64,000 nt of DNA from Cycas panzhihuaensis (taxonomy: Eukaryota; Plantae; Cycadophyta). The notes beneath the pieces were generated by a model that was given only the letters and a program-made list of their open reading frames with translations, ran no database searches and was not told where the DNA came from. The number at the start of each line of letters is the position of its first letter. The stretch's first letter is position 1. The stretch is taken from contig CM041465.1 in NCBI GenBank assembly GCA_023213395.1, positions 146,761,741 through 146,825,740 on the forward strand, read 5' to 3'. This document shows, piece after piece, positions 14,521 to 28,270 of the stretch. The translations under genes were made by a program, and so were the position numbers.

Positions 14521-17500
14521 TAAAGTATTTAGAACATGGAGACAGAGCGGAGCAGAAATCAAATAATCAATTCATTGTCAATCTATAAGTATAACAAACT
14601 ATTACATTCAATCCATTATATGAGAGCATATACATATTTCCCAATAGAGGTGGTGTCAAAAGATTCCAAGGTTTGCCACCCCAGTAAATATATAGTTTGA
14701 GGGAGGAGAGAAACCTCTTCAACCTCTAAAATTTAAAATACATTAAAATAATACTTAACCAAGGTAACACTTAATCTTACCTTACTTACCTTCACATGTG
14801 TAAATGATGGAAGTAGGGTGATGAACATTAACCTCAATATTCTTCCCCTTAATGGTCATAATGAACATCTTTATTTTTCTTTGAACTTGTAATACATATA
14901 TTTGAGGTAGACTTTGAGTTAGTACTTGACCAAATATTTTTTTACTTTGTCTTCATCTTCATACATTTTGTTCTTGTATCGTGGTTTCCTTTAACATGGT
15001 TTGGTTTAAGCGATCTCCAAGTGAGTGTGACTTACTTCAAATAGGAATGAGTGGCTACACCTTTGACTTTATCTTCTAGAATCTTTGTTTTATGAGTAGT
15101 GATCATGTCAAAGGTACATACATCTTCATGTGCATCAATGCGATCATTTGTTTGAGTTGAGTCTTCTACATTAGTCTTTTCAACATAAAAAACATGTTTT
15201 GATATCTGTCTCATATGTTCAATGTCATTATAATTAAATTTATTTACATTGAGGGTTTCTCCCCCATAAATAGATTCTAGTGTATCCCAAATGGATTTTG
15301 ATATAGTTAATTCTTTAACATGAATGAATACATCGTCATTTATTATACTAAAGATTAAAGTTATGATTTCATTGTCCTTTCTTAAGTTTTCTTTAAAATT
15401 TTCTCCTTCCTCTAGATAACCACATGCAATAAAATTCTAAATATCTTTTGAAATGAGAAGTGTTTTTAATAATTCTTTCCATACATGAAAATTAGTCTCA
15501 TCAAGTGTGGGAATTAGCACATCATCCAAATAAAATGCCATTTGTAATATGTTTAGTTTATGAGCTCAAATAAGTAAATGAAGACTTTAAATATGTGAAT
15601 AACATAAAATGGACAATAAGTGATGTTTAATATATATATAAATCCCTTAATCAAGGTTGGCGAGTAATACGATCAAATGCATATCTTTTTAGACAAAAGG
15701 TTTTCGTTTACATACAACTAAATCAATTAATGCTTTTATGAAAGCAAGGATCTATATGATCTATATACTCATTTTAGGTTTTAACAATGCAAAATTGAAA
15801 TATATTTGTCTTTAATGATGAAATGATAAATAATCAATGATAAGGAATTGCTAAAGTAAAATGAATGACCTTTATCAATATAAAAGTGAAGTATGCTTGA
15901 TTATGAAAATAATTAGATATCCTTTTGAAAGTAGTAGATCCTTTTGAAAGTAGTAATGAACTGAAAGTCTAAAGTGTAATCTTTGCTTTAAATGATAGAA
16001 ATATCTGAAAAAAATAATAAATTTCTTCCAAGAAATATAGAAAATAAATAAATAGAACACAAAATGTACCTATTTAATTAGGTAGCTCCACTTAGCTTAA
16101 TTACTAAAAAATTAGCTTCTTACTGTAAAAAAAAAGGGCTTGAAAATATAAACAAAGAATAATAAAAGCTTCAAGAATAAACTGTTAGTAATCAATAAAG
16201 TAGATATAATCTTTTGAGATAATATAATCCTTGAAAAATTATAGGATAATGCCTATAAAGACTCAACAATAAGCTAAAGATAGCTAACTTCAAACACCTA
16301 CCAAATGAAGTCAAAATTAAGTGAAATTTATCTCAAACTAAAGAATATTAAATATCCTTTCTGACATATTTGACCATTCAGAAAACTAATTCCTATAACT
16401 CAATATTTTAAAGAATAAGTAAAGAGAGCCTTTTTAGGGCTTGAATAGGAGCCACAAGGCTAAAATATTAAAAAAATAGATTATAACTTTATAAAAAGGT
16501 GTAAAAATACTTACTTATAGATTAAGGACCTTTTAATATGACTTATTCCAAAAAAACTTGAAGAAAATGCTTCAAAAAATACGGAATAATGAACAACTAA
16601 TCTTAATTTAGCACTTTAATTTTACCAGCCTGTAATATCTATAAAAAGGCTTTAAATCACTTAAAATATTATATCAGTGTGAAGAGAGCTAAATTAGATT
16701 TCCAACAAAGCTAATGGTTTAGAAAATAGATATCAAATAAGAAAAATATAGTAAAAATAGTGAAGCAGCCTCTTTATATTTAATAAACTAGAGGCTGAAG
16801 AATGAGGTGACTTCAAACTATTAAAAGCTGATCAAAACAACTCCAAAACTAGAAGATGACTATTCCACGGTGAAGCTCGTGAAGTCATGATCTCGATGAG
16901 ACTAGTTTCGTCAAAATCTAGTACTCTAATGAGGAGTTACAGATGAAAATACGCCAATTACCCTTTTTGAATAAAATAAATTAAAAATATATAAAAAAAA
17001 ATTTTGTAAAAGGTTGATTAACCCCTTTTAATAGTGAGCTTAAGGTCACGTGTAAAAGTATGTGGCTGGGGGCTAATGCCAAAGGGGCCTAGTACCCTTA
17101 CACCCAGATTTTAAATTATTTATAATACAACTAAATTTTTAAAACTTAAAAATAAATAAATAAATATTTTTGAAAAAAACATTCGTTAATGGCGCTGCGT
17201 TGAGATTTTAAAAAATGACTAAATGAGGATCGAAATCAATTACAAGTTGATCGAATCCTTTCCCACAGATGGTGCTAAGATTTTTACACACTAGAAATAT
17301 AATTATATATTAAAAATTAAAGAGAAAAAAAGAAAAAAAGAAAGGAAAACTATGATACAGAGATGGCTAGCGCATAGATCAGGCTTTGAAGACGACAATG
17401 TTGTAGTTCTGAAAGATGAAATCGGGACTAAGGCTATTGATGTAGCTTGTTCCAAACTCGACCACGTAATCAATGACTACTATAGTCAAATAGTGTTGCC

Positions 17501-18992
17501 CAAAACTAAAAAGCTTTTGAGATTTAAATATCAACAGAAAGCTCTTAAGATGGAAAATTGGTAAGCAAACGATGGAGGAGGCACCTAGGGATCCAAGAAC
17601 CACAAAAATGGCCAGCCAGTCTAGATCTTCTTCAAGCCCTACACAAGTTCCTTCCTTCTTTACACATATGAACACAAGCGAATGAATAGATCCAATTTGA
17701 GAGAATGGAGGCGATGAGGCACAACAGAGGTGATAAGGCACAACGAAGGCGGTTTTGATAGCTCGTAGAGCTCTAAAGGTGGTTTTGATGGGCCTAGGAA
17801 AGACAATAATACCGTTTCTAACCAATAGATCGCCTGGTAAATAACATTTGCCTAGTTTGTTTGTAGAATTTGACTCAGAACTGTTGTCATTTGGGTTTGT
17901 TCCCGAATGGTCAAATTTCAATGGAGGATATACAGATAAAGGAATCAAAACCTAGTTACAAAGGCACGAGGAGATTAATGCAAAAATATTTAAGATACAT
18001 ATATATTTTATATAAAACAGACATCAAGGAAAGTATAAGAAGCAATCTCTTTGGCTGGAGAAGAGTCTACTAAACGTAAAGCTACGAACCGTAAGTCTGT
18101 AATCTCTTTGGGATCGATAATTACTATTGGCTGAGGAACAAAAAGGAGATTAAGAGGAAGACAATACCAAGAACACAAGAAGTTGATATGACTATTGCAC
18201 ACAGTTTATATGTAATATATCAAATGTAATAAATATATGTATATAACGTAAGCCTTATGAATGTTAAAAAATCAAAGTGAGGAGTGTGGAGATGGAGCTT
18301 TAACGACCACATAGATCTGAGTAAAGATGAAGGCACAGATGATCTCCAAACTCACAAATGATCTCCAAACTACCTTGAAACGAGATGGCTAATAGGTATA
18401 TCACTAAAGAATATAGTCACGCAAATGGAGCCACAAATAAGAGAAAGTATATCAAAGAGATATATATATTTATATTTGAAACATGAAAAACCTGGTAACC
18501 TGGTTATATGGAAGTGACCAACTTGTAGACAGTTGCCTTCCGAGGATGAAATCTCCTTTCAGAGGAGGTGAAACTTCAAACTATTTTCTTCAGTAGGTAG
18601 ATGGGCTTGCTAGGAATCCAACAAGCAATCATATGCTACACTTTTATCAAGCAAATGAAGAGTTAGATCAGTAAAAATGAATATCAACCAACCCTTTGGC
18701 TCTGATACCAAATGAAGGATTTAGAACATGGAGAGAGCGGAACAGAAATCAAATAATCAATTCATTGTCAATATATGAGCATAACAAACTATTACATTCA
18801 ATCCATTATATGAGAGCATGTACATATTTCCTAATAGAGGTGGTGTCAAAAGATACCAGGGTTTGTCACCCCAGTAAATATATAGTTTGAGGGAGAAGGA
18901 AAACCTCCTCAACCTCCAAAATTTAAAATACATTAAAAAAATGTTTAACTAAGATAACACTTAACCTTACCTTACTTACCTTCACATGTGTA
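14521..18992 (-). mobile_element. Non-autonomous gag-only LTR retrotransposon (TR-GAG-like, Copia-type gag)
   Basis: 3' LTR 14521-14839; PPT 14840-14853; perfect PBS TGGTATCAGAGCC (18698-18710, minus); 5' LTR 18713-18992, outer ~37 bp lost; LTRs about 90% identical; no pol. Confidence 0.88.
15032..15541 (-). pseudogene. Short Copia-type Gag with one premature stop
   Basis: MAFYLDDVLIPTLDETNFHVWKELLKTLLISKDI*NFIACGY..SKSIWDTLESIYGG, in frame with ORF 15032-15214. Confidence 0.8.
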
Positions 18993-21900
18993 CACTTACA
19001 TAGGCCTCATTATTATCCAGTTGAGTTTTATAAGGATTGCAAATCATATTATCTTTTTCTATATTCAATAATCACATGCCTAGGTTTTCCACATGAAAGA
19101 TAGGTAATATTTTATCTTCTCTATTGATTTTTAGTTTACTATATTTATTGGTTCAAATTCATAGAACCAAACTGTTATGCGAGTGGTTGCTATTGAGACT
19201 AATTTCTTCCTTGATTTCTAACTGCAAATATGAGGGCAATGTTAGAAGAAGATATTGTTCATTAATAGTTCAATATACCTTCTTCTTTAAACAGTAAACC
19301 TTCCAAAGTATTAAAGTCCATGGTAGAAAAGTCATTAGATAATGAAAAAATAAAACTATTGTACATGGAGAGAAAGACATTTATAATACTAGAAACATGG
19401 CCATGGTTGGAAGAAAGAGCTTCAAAAGTGTTAAACTTATTCCTAATGGACTTCATTTTTGTCATATGAGAGGGAATAGAGCTAGTAAAAGGTATGGCAT
19501 ATAAACGTACTTTTAGTATAATTGTTGTAGAGTCGCCTTTTCACTCATAAAATGAACATATAATGTTCTAAATTTCATTAGAAATGTTTACTATCTTAAT
19601 AATTTAGTCTATATTGTCCTTCATGGCTAAGTGAAGAGAGGATAGAGCTATATTATCTTTAGCTCTAAAAGTAGCGAGAGTAATAGGGTATAGAGGAATC
19701 TTGATGTTGGAGTTGGTCAAGTGACATATGGAAGTATGTTTGGCTATACCTCCAAATACATAAGACCAAAAATCATTCATGATTAAGATGTATTTAACTT
19801 GTTTATTTCAAGATAAAAGATTATTACTAATTAATAGTTTAATAGTATTTGAAATTAACATTTGTGGTGCTATTATGAACTATCTACCTAGTGGGCTACT
19901 AAGCTATAATGTTAAAGTTTCAATATCTTCAAAAGAAGCATTCGATTAATATTATGTCTAATGGAACCTGCCCATAGATGGTAGTTCATAAACTCTATAT
20001 ATGTTAGTACATGAGCAAGTTAAACTCGATATACTTTAGTACATAAGAATATAAGGCTCAATTGCCCCCATAATACTATTTATCCACCTATACTAGATTT
20101 ATGTTAATGATAGATTTGATAAAAGACTAAAATCAAGGCACTCACCCTCTCTAAGTCTAGCCTAGTTTTTAAGTACCAAAGGAAGAATTTATATCTCAAT
20201 TTGTCATTCAATACACCTTATAGCAAGTTACCGCCTAACCTATTTGTCGAGGAAAATATAATTCACGTGTGCAAGAATGATTACTTTAGGGATCCTAGCC
20301 ATTCTCTTTGTAGGATTGGTAGTTTATATAATTTAATTAAAAAATTACCTTATTTAATATTTTGAGTTCAAATTTCTTATTAATATGGTCTTATTTAAAG
20401 ACAAGAATATAAAATTTTAATGATTTTAAAATATGAGACTTGATTTTAAAAGTAGCAAATAAATAATAAAGTATAAATGAAATGGTTTAGAGTGCTCAGT
20501 AAGGAAGGGTCCATTAGTAAAAGGTGGCAAAATAATCCTTTCTTAAATACGAAAAACACCTACAACAACAAAAGACCACACGCCATTAGCTAAAAAATGA
20601 GTGGAAAATGTTTCTCTATTGTGAAACCCTTACAAAATAGAAAGATTAGCTTCAAGTTTAAATATCTAATAAATAATCACATAAAAAATATATAAAATAC
20701 AGCCTAAAATAATGGCCTTTGAATTATGATTTCAATGGTTCAAATATAATCAAATTCTAATATCTGTATCAAAAGTTATGATACTTTTAAAGAGACTTCT
20801 AAAGTTCTTAGACTTTAACAGTATCCTTTAATAAAATACAGATAACTTTTTACTTAGACTTTCGATTGACCTAAAACACTTTTTTTTTTTAAGTAAACAA
20901 AAAAACATACAAAATTTAAAAATATATAAGGTTATTTAAATATTTATAACTAAAGTTACATCTATTTAAAATTGAGATGGAATATTTGCCTTCAAAATTG
21001 GTGATGAAAAATAAATAAAAATTAAATTTATTGTAATATTTTATTTATTACCAAAAAATTTATAGTGTGACCACTCAAAATTTGTAAGATGAGTCATTTC
21101 ATCTCAAATTTACTATTACTTTTTAGAAATTTTGGTATTTATACTCTAATATATGTCTTCAAACCCTATTACCTCCTTGTAAGATGCGTATTTGTTAGAG
21201 AAAGTAAGAGAAGCAATGCTTTGATATAAAATGATAGAATTAAAATTAACGTAATAATTAAAAAACACACAATGGAATCTTTTTTCTCTATATCTAACAA
21301 ACATACATTCATCAAATATATTATAAACACATTCAAATAAACACAATATATAAATGGGAATTATAAATTAACTCTAACCCAAAATAATTAAGATCAAATT
21401 AATTGATAGTTGATATAGAAGTTTGGTAGAGTTTCGACTTTCACCAAATATGCAACCTATGCTAATTATTGAGTGTAGACATGGCCTTAACTTATAGAGG
21501 GCTCAATGTATATTACATTACAAATGGTAGATATGGATTGGACCCCACATGTTCACACTTCATTGGATCTCATATTACATACATCTCATTTGATAGTTAT
21601 GAGGCTAAGGTGGTGTAATAACCCTTAATTAAGAAGTATAATAGTAAGTTATCGCTTGAATACATTTACACTTTTACATAAAAAGTACATGAAGGTGTTA
21701 TTATATTTTAATCGCTTCACCCCACTATTTTTTTCTTCCAAGGCTTTCAACATTCTCTTTTTATAAGATGGTGGTTCTTGTGGTCCATCTTCCTTAAGCT
21801 CTACTCTAGGTTATGGTTTTGTTTTAACATTATTGTCATACTTTTTCAACCTAGTCCATTCCTCAAGAAAATCTCTTATTGTCTCAACACCACCTCGGTG

Positions 21901-22249
21901 AACTCTTCTATCTTTCTTTAAAGCTCTTGCATGATCCTATTCATTTATACATTTTCTTTACTATTTGTTTTATCTTTCAAGTTATTTAAGTTCTTCTTAC
22001 AAATAGTTTCAATATGCTTATAATAATTTTCAAATAGATTTCAAAAGAAAACAGAAAACTCACCAATAGTTTGTTGTAAACTTCTTCTTCCTCTCCCTAA
22101 AGTGGTGATTCCTTCAACAATACATATGTTCAAAGAAAACAAATTATTTTCCAAGTAAAAGTATAAGCAAACTTCATAAGAATACCTTTTTTTTTTCTTT
22201 TCCCTAACATTTATTCTAAAACTAGAAAAACTCTAACAAAAAAAAAAAT

Positions 22250-22757
22250 TACAATACATAAATTTTTAAATTTGAGACCTTTGGCCATTCAAAAATTCTA
22301 ATAAACATCTCCTAACATTAGGAAATTGATTTGAAGTGAAAAGGCCCCAAAATCTTAAATTTTTTATTTTTAGTATATTTTTAAATTTTTTTCAAATTGC
22401 ACAAAAATTAAACCATGAATAGGTAAATACAAGTGGGCTTCATAGAAATATAAGTAAAGTAAAACTTGTCTCCTATAATTTAATAAATCTATATTTATAA
22501 AAAATATATATAATATAATTTATTATTATAAAAATTATAATCTTGAAATACCATTTTGGATCCTTGAATGATCAATTTTGGACTTAAAAATTTTATGAAT
22601 AAGGCAGTAATTGGTATCATGAATTATGCCATGGCATATACTTTTCGAAGAGCTATAATTTTAAGAAAAAAGGGGCCCAAATAGATACTCAAATTAAAAA
22701 TTACAACATAGATAAGTTGACCCTTCAAATTTAGAATTTATAGATGTTCCTACATCA
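22250..22757 (-). repeat. CRM 5' LTR
   Basis: Homologous to 2295-2685 with an extra ~120-bp AT-rich block; plus-strand end CCTACATCA reads TGATGTAGG on minus. Confidence 0.7.
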
Positions 22758-22899
22758 TGACATATACAATTACATAGATTTTGAAGTAAGATATACTACA
22801 CAAGTTATAGGAAAGTCACTTATATACCTCCTTGGAGTGTTATTCTATCATGTTCTTACATACCTCATTAGAGTATTACTTTTTGAATCTCCCTTTCTT

Positions 22900-24900
22900 G
22901 AGTAAATAGATAGATTTTAGAGTTGTGATTTAAAATATTTTTCAATTCTTTGTGTTTGCTTGGTATTTTTTAATATTTTCTCTCTTCTTCTATATCATAG
23001 ATTGTAGGAAACTTGACATGCTTATTTCCCACTAGCCATTTTATCATAGGGGTGGTTGTATTCATCTCACTTTCAATGGACATGGTTAATAATCTTGGGG
23101 GCTTCATTCTCTAATCTATGTGATTAATTAATAAGTGATTGTGATGGTTTCTCTCTTCATCTCTTCAACACAAATCTCATTTGAGGTCGGTTATCATTTA
23201 TCTCTTATACTTTTCATGATTTTAGCTTGATTTAATTGGAAAAATAATGAAATTATCTATAAAAATTTAATTCATGTGGAGTGAAGTCTTTCATCGATAT
23301 TTATTTCTTTAATTTTACAATTCATTTTATATTCTTATTTTATTAACCTCACCTTTTAATGATTGGGCAACCAAATGTGGTGAATTCTCATTAATATTTA
23401 TTTCTTGACATTCTTAAGTTTTTATAGCATTCATTTTATTTCGTATTCATGTATTTTACTTCTTGATTTCTAGTTTTTTTACTTTGAAATTTTCATGTTC
23501 TACCCTCTCTTCTGTTAAGCTAGACTCTCACAATTACTAGTTTTCTTTCACACTTAAAATTATTTAAATTTTAAAAACTCCATTACATCAAAGTGTTTGC
23601 AGCATAAAAAATGCATTTTGACTTCATGTCATACAAGCACTTTCATCACATTTCTAGCTTTCATTTTATTTTTAAATTTTCACCTATTTCATGACCTCAA
23701 TAGAGCTACATTCCCATATATTCATAATAGCCATTCTTGACTTCATTAGACCCTATAAATACCAATATCAAAGATTTTGCTTCCCTAATAAACCCATATT
23801 TTGTTGGAACATGTAGCCTAGAGAAATCATCAAGATTACTTCATTTTTAGAGTAGTTTCACTTTGTTTTAATCTACAAAGAACCTATTCTCACCCATAAC
23901 CCATTCCAAAATCTAACATAATTGAAATTACATCGTATCCAACTATCTTAGGGCTCCAATAAGTCTTATTTTATCAAATTTATAACAAATCCCAATATCA
24001 CCCTTTGTCTCAATCCTTTTCCATTAGATCCCTCTAGGATTTAGACCTTGTTTTAAGCTAGCTTTTAGCCTAAAGTTTGTCCAATCACTCATCTTTATTT
24101 CCCAACTATTTCTAAACATTTTAGGACTATATTAAGTCTAATAATACCATATTTGTTATAATGTTAAAATCATCCATTCATATTATGTGCTCTCCATTAG
24201 ATCCATTAGGTATCTATTAGTTTTTCAATCCCAGTTGATAAGACTCAAATATTATCAAATGGTTTCCATAGGCTTTCCATTCATTAATTACAAATTTAGG
24301 CCTATTATAGACTTTATTTTTGTTAGGTTTGTATTATCTTTAGGATAACCAAAGTGTTTCATAGGTTTTGAACCCATTTTCAAACATAATTTCAATCTTG
24401 CTTTATATATGTTTGTTCGTCCTTTGACCTTACACAATATAATGTCGATAAAATTCATAATAAAATTCATATCACATCCAAATTTTTAGCATTTCATTCC
24501 CCTTATGCTTAGGATTTCCCAAACACATTTCATGCCCAATTATTCTAGTTTAAGCTAATCCTTCTATTTGGTTACTTTTCCTTATATTTTAATGATTGTG
24601 GGTGCTTTTTGATGCTTTTTCATTTATTTTCTCTAATCTTCCACCTCATTCAACTTAATTCACAATTCTTATTTTCGATTACAGCTTGGGGTTAATTGCT
24701 CATGGAGATTTACACAAGGTCTATTGTGGCTCTTATTTCTTGCAAGTGCTATTATTAGTTACCATTGATAATGTGCTAAACTCAAAAGCCAAAAAACATT
24801 TTAATTCATTTTATTTTTGTTTCTAGACTTTCTAACAGTTCCATGGTATGCTCCCCTTCTTTTAGCTTTCCCATGTGTTTCTTATTGCATGAACATGTAA
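22900..24900 (-). pseudogene. Highly decayed gag-like remnant (possibly SIRE-type Copia)
   Basis: Eroded zinc-knuckle-like segments (ICYKFDKIR ~23970; CLGNPKHKGNE ~24500) and AFEFS ~24780; no boundaries found. Confidence 0.3.
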
Positions 24901-25168
24901 GTACCACTATTTTCATCTTAAGGTAGTTAATGCTACCTACCTAATTTTCCCTCATTTTGGTGTTTGCCTAAGGTCACAGTGGACACCCTAATGATCATAT
25001 AGGGATAAATAGGCAACTTCAATCCAACAACATTAAAGAGTGATGTTGAGTTCTCTAGCAACTTAATGATCTCTACGACCAACATGATTGGCATTAGTGG
25101 GAGGCACCTCATAATACAATGGATCCCCATTCTGATCCTAGGCTTAAAGCGTCTTCTAAAGTTGTAGT

Positions 25169-25210
25169 TAGTGGGCCATTCTCTACATCTAGTGGGCCAT
25201 TCTCTACATC
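25169..25210. repeat. Perfect 21-bp tandem duplication
   Basis: TAGTGGGCCATTCTCTACATC twice. Confidence 0.95.
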
Positions 25211-25981
25211 CCAAGTCAAAAGCTAATTTCTCAAAGGTATACTGCATAGATATACAAATGAGAGCCAATCCTCTTCCCACATGATTATTGCATAGCCATG
25301 TCAACTCTCAAGTCTAGTTAGGCATAGGCAGTCCTCTTAAGTCACACCAATCCTTTAAATTAACCCCTTTATTCATAACAATTCATCTATCCACGTTATA
25401 TGTGGTTGAACAAAAATCCAATGCAAGACACTATCTAATTCAAAAGTGAAGTGTAATGATTTACAATGTCTCAATCAAAGAAAGACCTCTTCGAAGGCCA
25501 TAAGAGAACAATAAATTATTAGTTGTTAAATAGAAAATTTATAGATAATCAACAAAATAATATGAAAGAATCACATTAGTCGCCCTCCCAAATGACACCT
25601 CTTGATTTTTCAATGATCTATCATGGAGTAGTGTAATAAACTTTTCCTCCAATCACAAACATGGATGCCTTCCACAAAAAATTAGGCATTTCAAAAATAC
25701 ATAAAAGTTTATAATTTTGTTATTTGATGATTACTTGGATGTTGAAATAAAGCAATTTCAAACTAAAGAAACATAATCCGCTTAAGAATCAAGCATGGTT
25801 ACACCATAGGACCAACTTTAGTTTAACAAAAACTGAAAAATCGACTTTGAGTAGCCCAACCTTGGGTTGAAATCGACCTTAATCATCAAATTGGACCCAA
25901 GCATTTAGATCATAAAGCAAAATACAATAGGCAACACTTAAGCATATCATCAATCCCAAATCTACCCAAATTGAGATTAGA

Positions 25982-27076
25982 GTTTGATCCTCCACTTTAA
26001 GCATAAAGGCTAACGAAGATATGCCCAAAACAAGGTGGCAGTCCCATGGAGGGAGTGGTCCCAATTGAAACTATCCATAGAGACATGGAATCTCCCCAAT
26101 GTTCTCATCTTCTTCCCACATTCCAACATTAATGATAGAGCTCATATGTGAAACCTCTCGATGTTCTTGTCTTCTTCCCGCCTTCCAACACTAATAACCA
26201 AGCTCCATTTGGTGAAGATTCTAAAAATGACGAAGCTGGAGAGGGGAAATGGGAATTCCATCGGACCCTATTTCCCCTTTGGGCTCTAAAAAATTCGTAG
26301 CATTTCTACTATGATATCTCTAGAAACTCCCTTCCATGGAACCTCCACCAAAGTCAAAATGCAAAGAAACCTACACAAGTAGCTAACACAATGTCACTTG
26401 TAGACCTGAGTGAGTATAATATCCCATCTCCACAATTGGGGTTAGGGTTTGATACTCCACTTTAAGCATAAAGGCTAACCAAGATATGCCCAAAGTAAGG
26501 TGGCAATCTGATGGAGGGGGGTTAGGCTTTGAAAAATCTAGTGTGGGGGGTCCCATGGAGGGTCGAGGTAGTTGCTAGCAAGAGAAGATGAAATCTTCTC
26601 TAATTCCCATGAAGCAAATATTGTTGAAATCCCCTGTGTTCAATAATCTAAAAAATGGGGTATTGAACTTAGTGGTCCCCGTTGAAACTATCCATACAAA
26701 CATGGAACCTCGCTAATGTTCTTCTTGCATTCCCACATCCTAGCACTAATGATAGAGTTGAGACATGGAACCTGGCAAAGCTCAGATGTAGAACCTCCTC
26801 ATTGTTTTCATCTTTTTCCTGCATTCCAACACTAATGACACGAGTCCATCTAGAGAAGGTTCCAAAAATGACAGTGGTAAGAGGGAAAATGGGAATTCCA
26901 TGGGGGCCCATTTCCCCTTTGGGCTCCAAAAAAGTCATAGCATTTCTGTTATGATTTTTTCCTAAAGCCCCCCTCCATGGGACCTCCACCTAAGTCAAAA
27001 TAAGAAGAAACCTATGCATATAGCTAACACAACGTCACTTATAGACCTAGGTGAATATAATTCCTCGTGTCCACAA
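25982..27076 (-). mobile_element. Tandem duplication of a probable LINE ORF1 fragment (copies 25982-26435 and 26447-27076)
   Basis: Both copies start GTTTGAT.CTCCACTTTAAGCATAAAGGCTAAC and end TCCACAA. Minus translation LVEVPWKGVSRDIIVEM..GIP resembles L1 ORF1 ARILVEVD..KGLP..DYEGIPFRC. The duplication is certain, the LINE call tentative. Confidence 0.55.
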
Positions 27077-28030
27077 GACACCCCTACAAACCACCAACCC
27101 CCTCCCCCACCCCACCTTTATGGTAAAGAACAAAAACAAAAAACAAAAACAATTCTTATTTCTTGAGATATGACTCTACCACCACCGTGGAGAGTCTTAA
27201 GTGAAGGTAAGTATTCAAACAAGGAGATGGAGAGTATTTTAAAAAAACCTACAAACCTTTAGTTACCACAAAGAGGACAACCAGAAAATCCTCAACCTAA
27301 GCACGCTATCTTAAAGCCGTCAACCCTAAAACGAGGCATAACGAAAATGATTGCCTTTGCAAGGTGATTTGTCGATCTACTAAAGTTACCCTTTGGCAAG
27401 CTTGCATTATCTATAGGAAGCAATGTACACAATAATTGACCCAGCCTGATGGTTAAGCTTTTGGAATACACCTGAATTCGAAAGGAAGGTTTGAAAAGAG
27501 ATAACATCCTCACCCCACGCAAGAGAAAGGTATTATCACTTGCCATAAGATTGGAGTCCAATTATGTCTGGTTGGGGAGGTAGATTTTACGATATACTTG
27601 TTGCCTCCTACATAACATGAAGACAAAGGAATTATAATAGGACACATAGCAAGCAGCAGCAGGTCAAATGCCAGGCTTTCTAGCCCACCACAATAGCTAT
27701 ACGTTCATAGAAAAATACTAGTCAAAGAGATTGGGAATTATGAATATGCATCATGTGGTTCTAGCATTTCATTGATATAACAAGGACAAGGAGGACATTT
27801 GATAAAAAATGAGAAATCAGAATCTAATAACTGATCAGTTTTGGAGATCCCCAGAAACTGTAATAAAGGAATTAAGGAAAAACAGATTCTACTCAGACTG
27901 GGCTCTGTGCCCTGCAGAAGTTCCTTAAATGCCCTGATTCAAATGGATTCAGTGATCTGCCAAGGCATTGGAGAGCATTCCATCTTTTTGATGTGGTGAA
28001 CTTGAGGTACATTGGCAAGGTACATTTGGG

Positions 28031-28270
28031 NNNNNNNNNNNNNNNNNNNNNNNNNNNNNNNNNNNNNNNNNNNNNNNNNNNNNNNNNNNNNNNNNNNNNN
28101 NNNNNNNNNNNNNNNNNNNNNNNNNNNNNNNNNNNNNNNNNNNNNNNNNNNNNNNNNNNNNNNNNNNNNNNNNNNNNNNNNNNNNNNNNNNNNNNNNNNN
28201 NNNNNNNNNNNNNNNNNNNNNNNNNNNNNNNNNNNNNNNNNNNNNNNNNNNNNNNNNNNNNNNNNNNNNN
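28031..28270. other. Assembly gap (240 N)
   Basis: Run of n. Confidence 1.

Larger units (their letters stand above)
11988..21713 (-). mobile_element. Degenerate, internally deleted Ty1/copia element inserted in CRM gag
   Basis: 3' LTR 11988-12470; PPT 12471-12480; PBS (plus GCTTTGATATAA) 21218-21229; 5' LTR 21232-21713; perfect TSD GCTTC (11983-11987 and 21714-21718). gag ~19000-19870 (knuckle SCGKPRH); protease C-half 14300-14520; integrase LVHSDICKP ~13930; most of RT missing. Confidence 0.93.
2295..22757 (-). mobile_element. Degenerate Ty3/gypsy CRM-clade retrotransposon, split by two nested Copia elements
   Basis: Minus-strand remnants: gag KALEG/NSGVKLDI..LKGHAMILWD..KLKKKFL (21714-21960 and 11574-11987); RFSIQYEL (~6480); protease KFIINSGTCKN (~5900); [30 protein letters not shown] (4910-5070); integrase PWINLSIDF and RLHRVLKTITLDRDIKFLSYF (3560-3830). 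Partial LTR pair whose minus-strand start is TGATG/TGATA, as typical of CRM. Confidence 0.9.

Noticed and set aside
24933-25304. 123-aa ORF
   Set aside because: No recognisable motif, non-ATG start, kept open across a 21-bp duplication.
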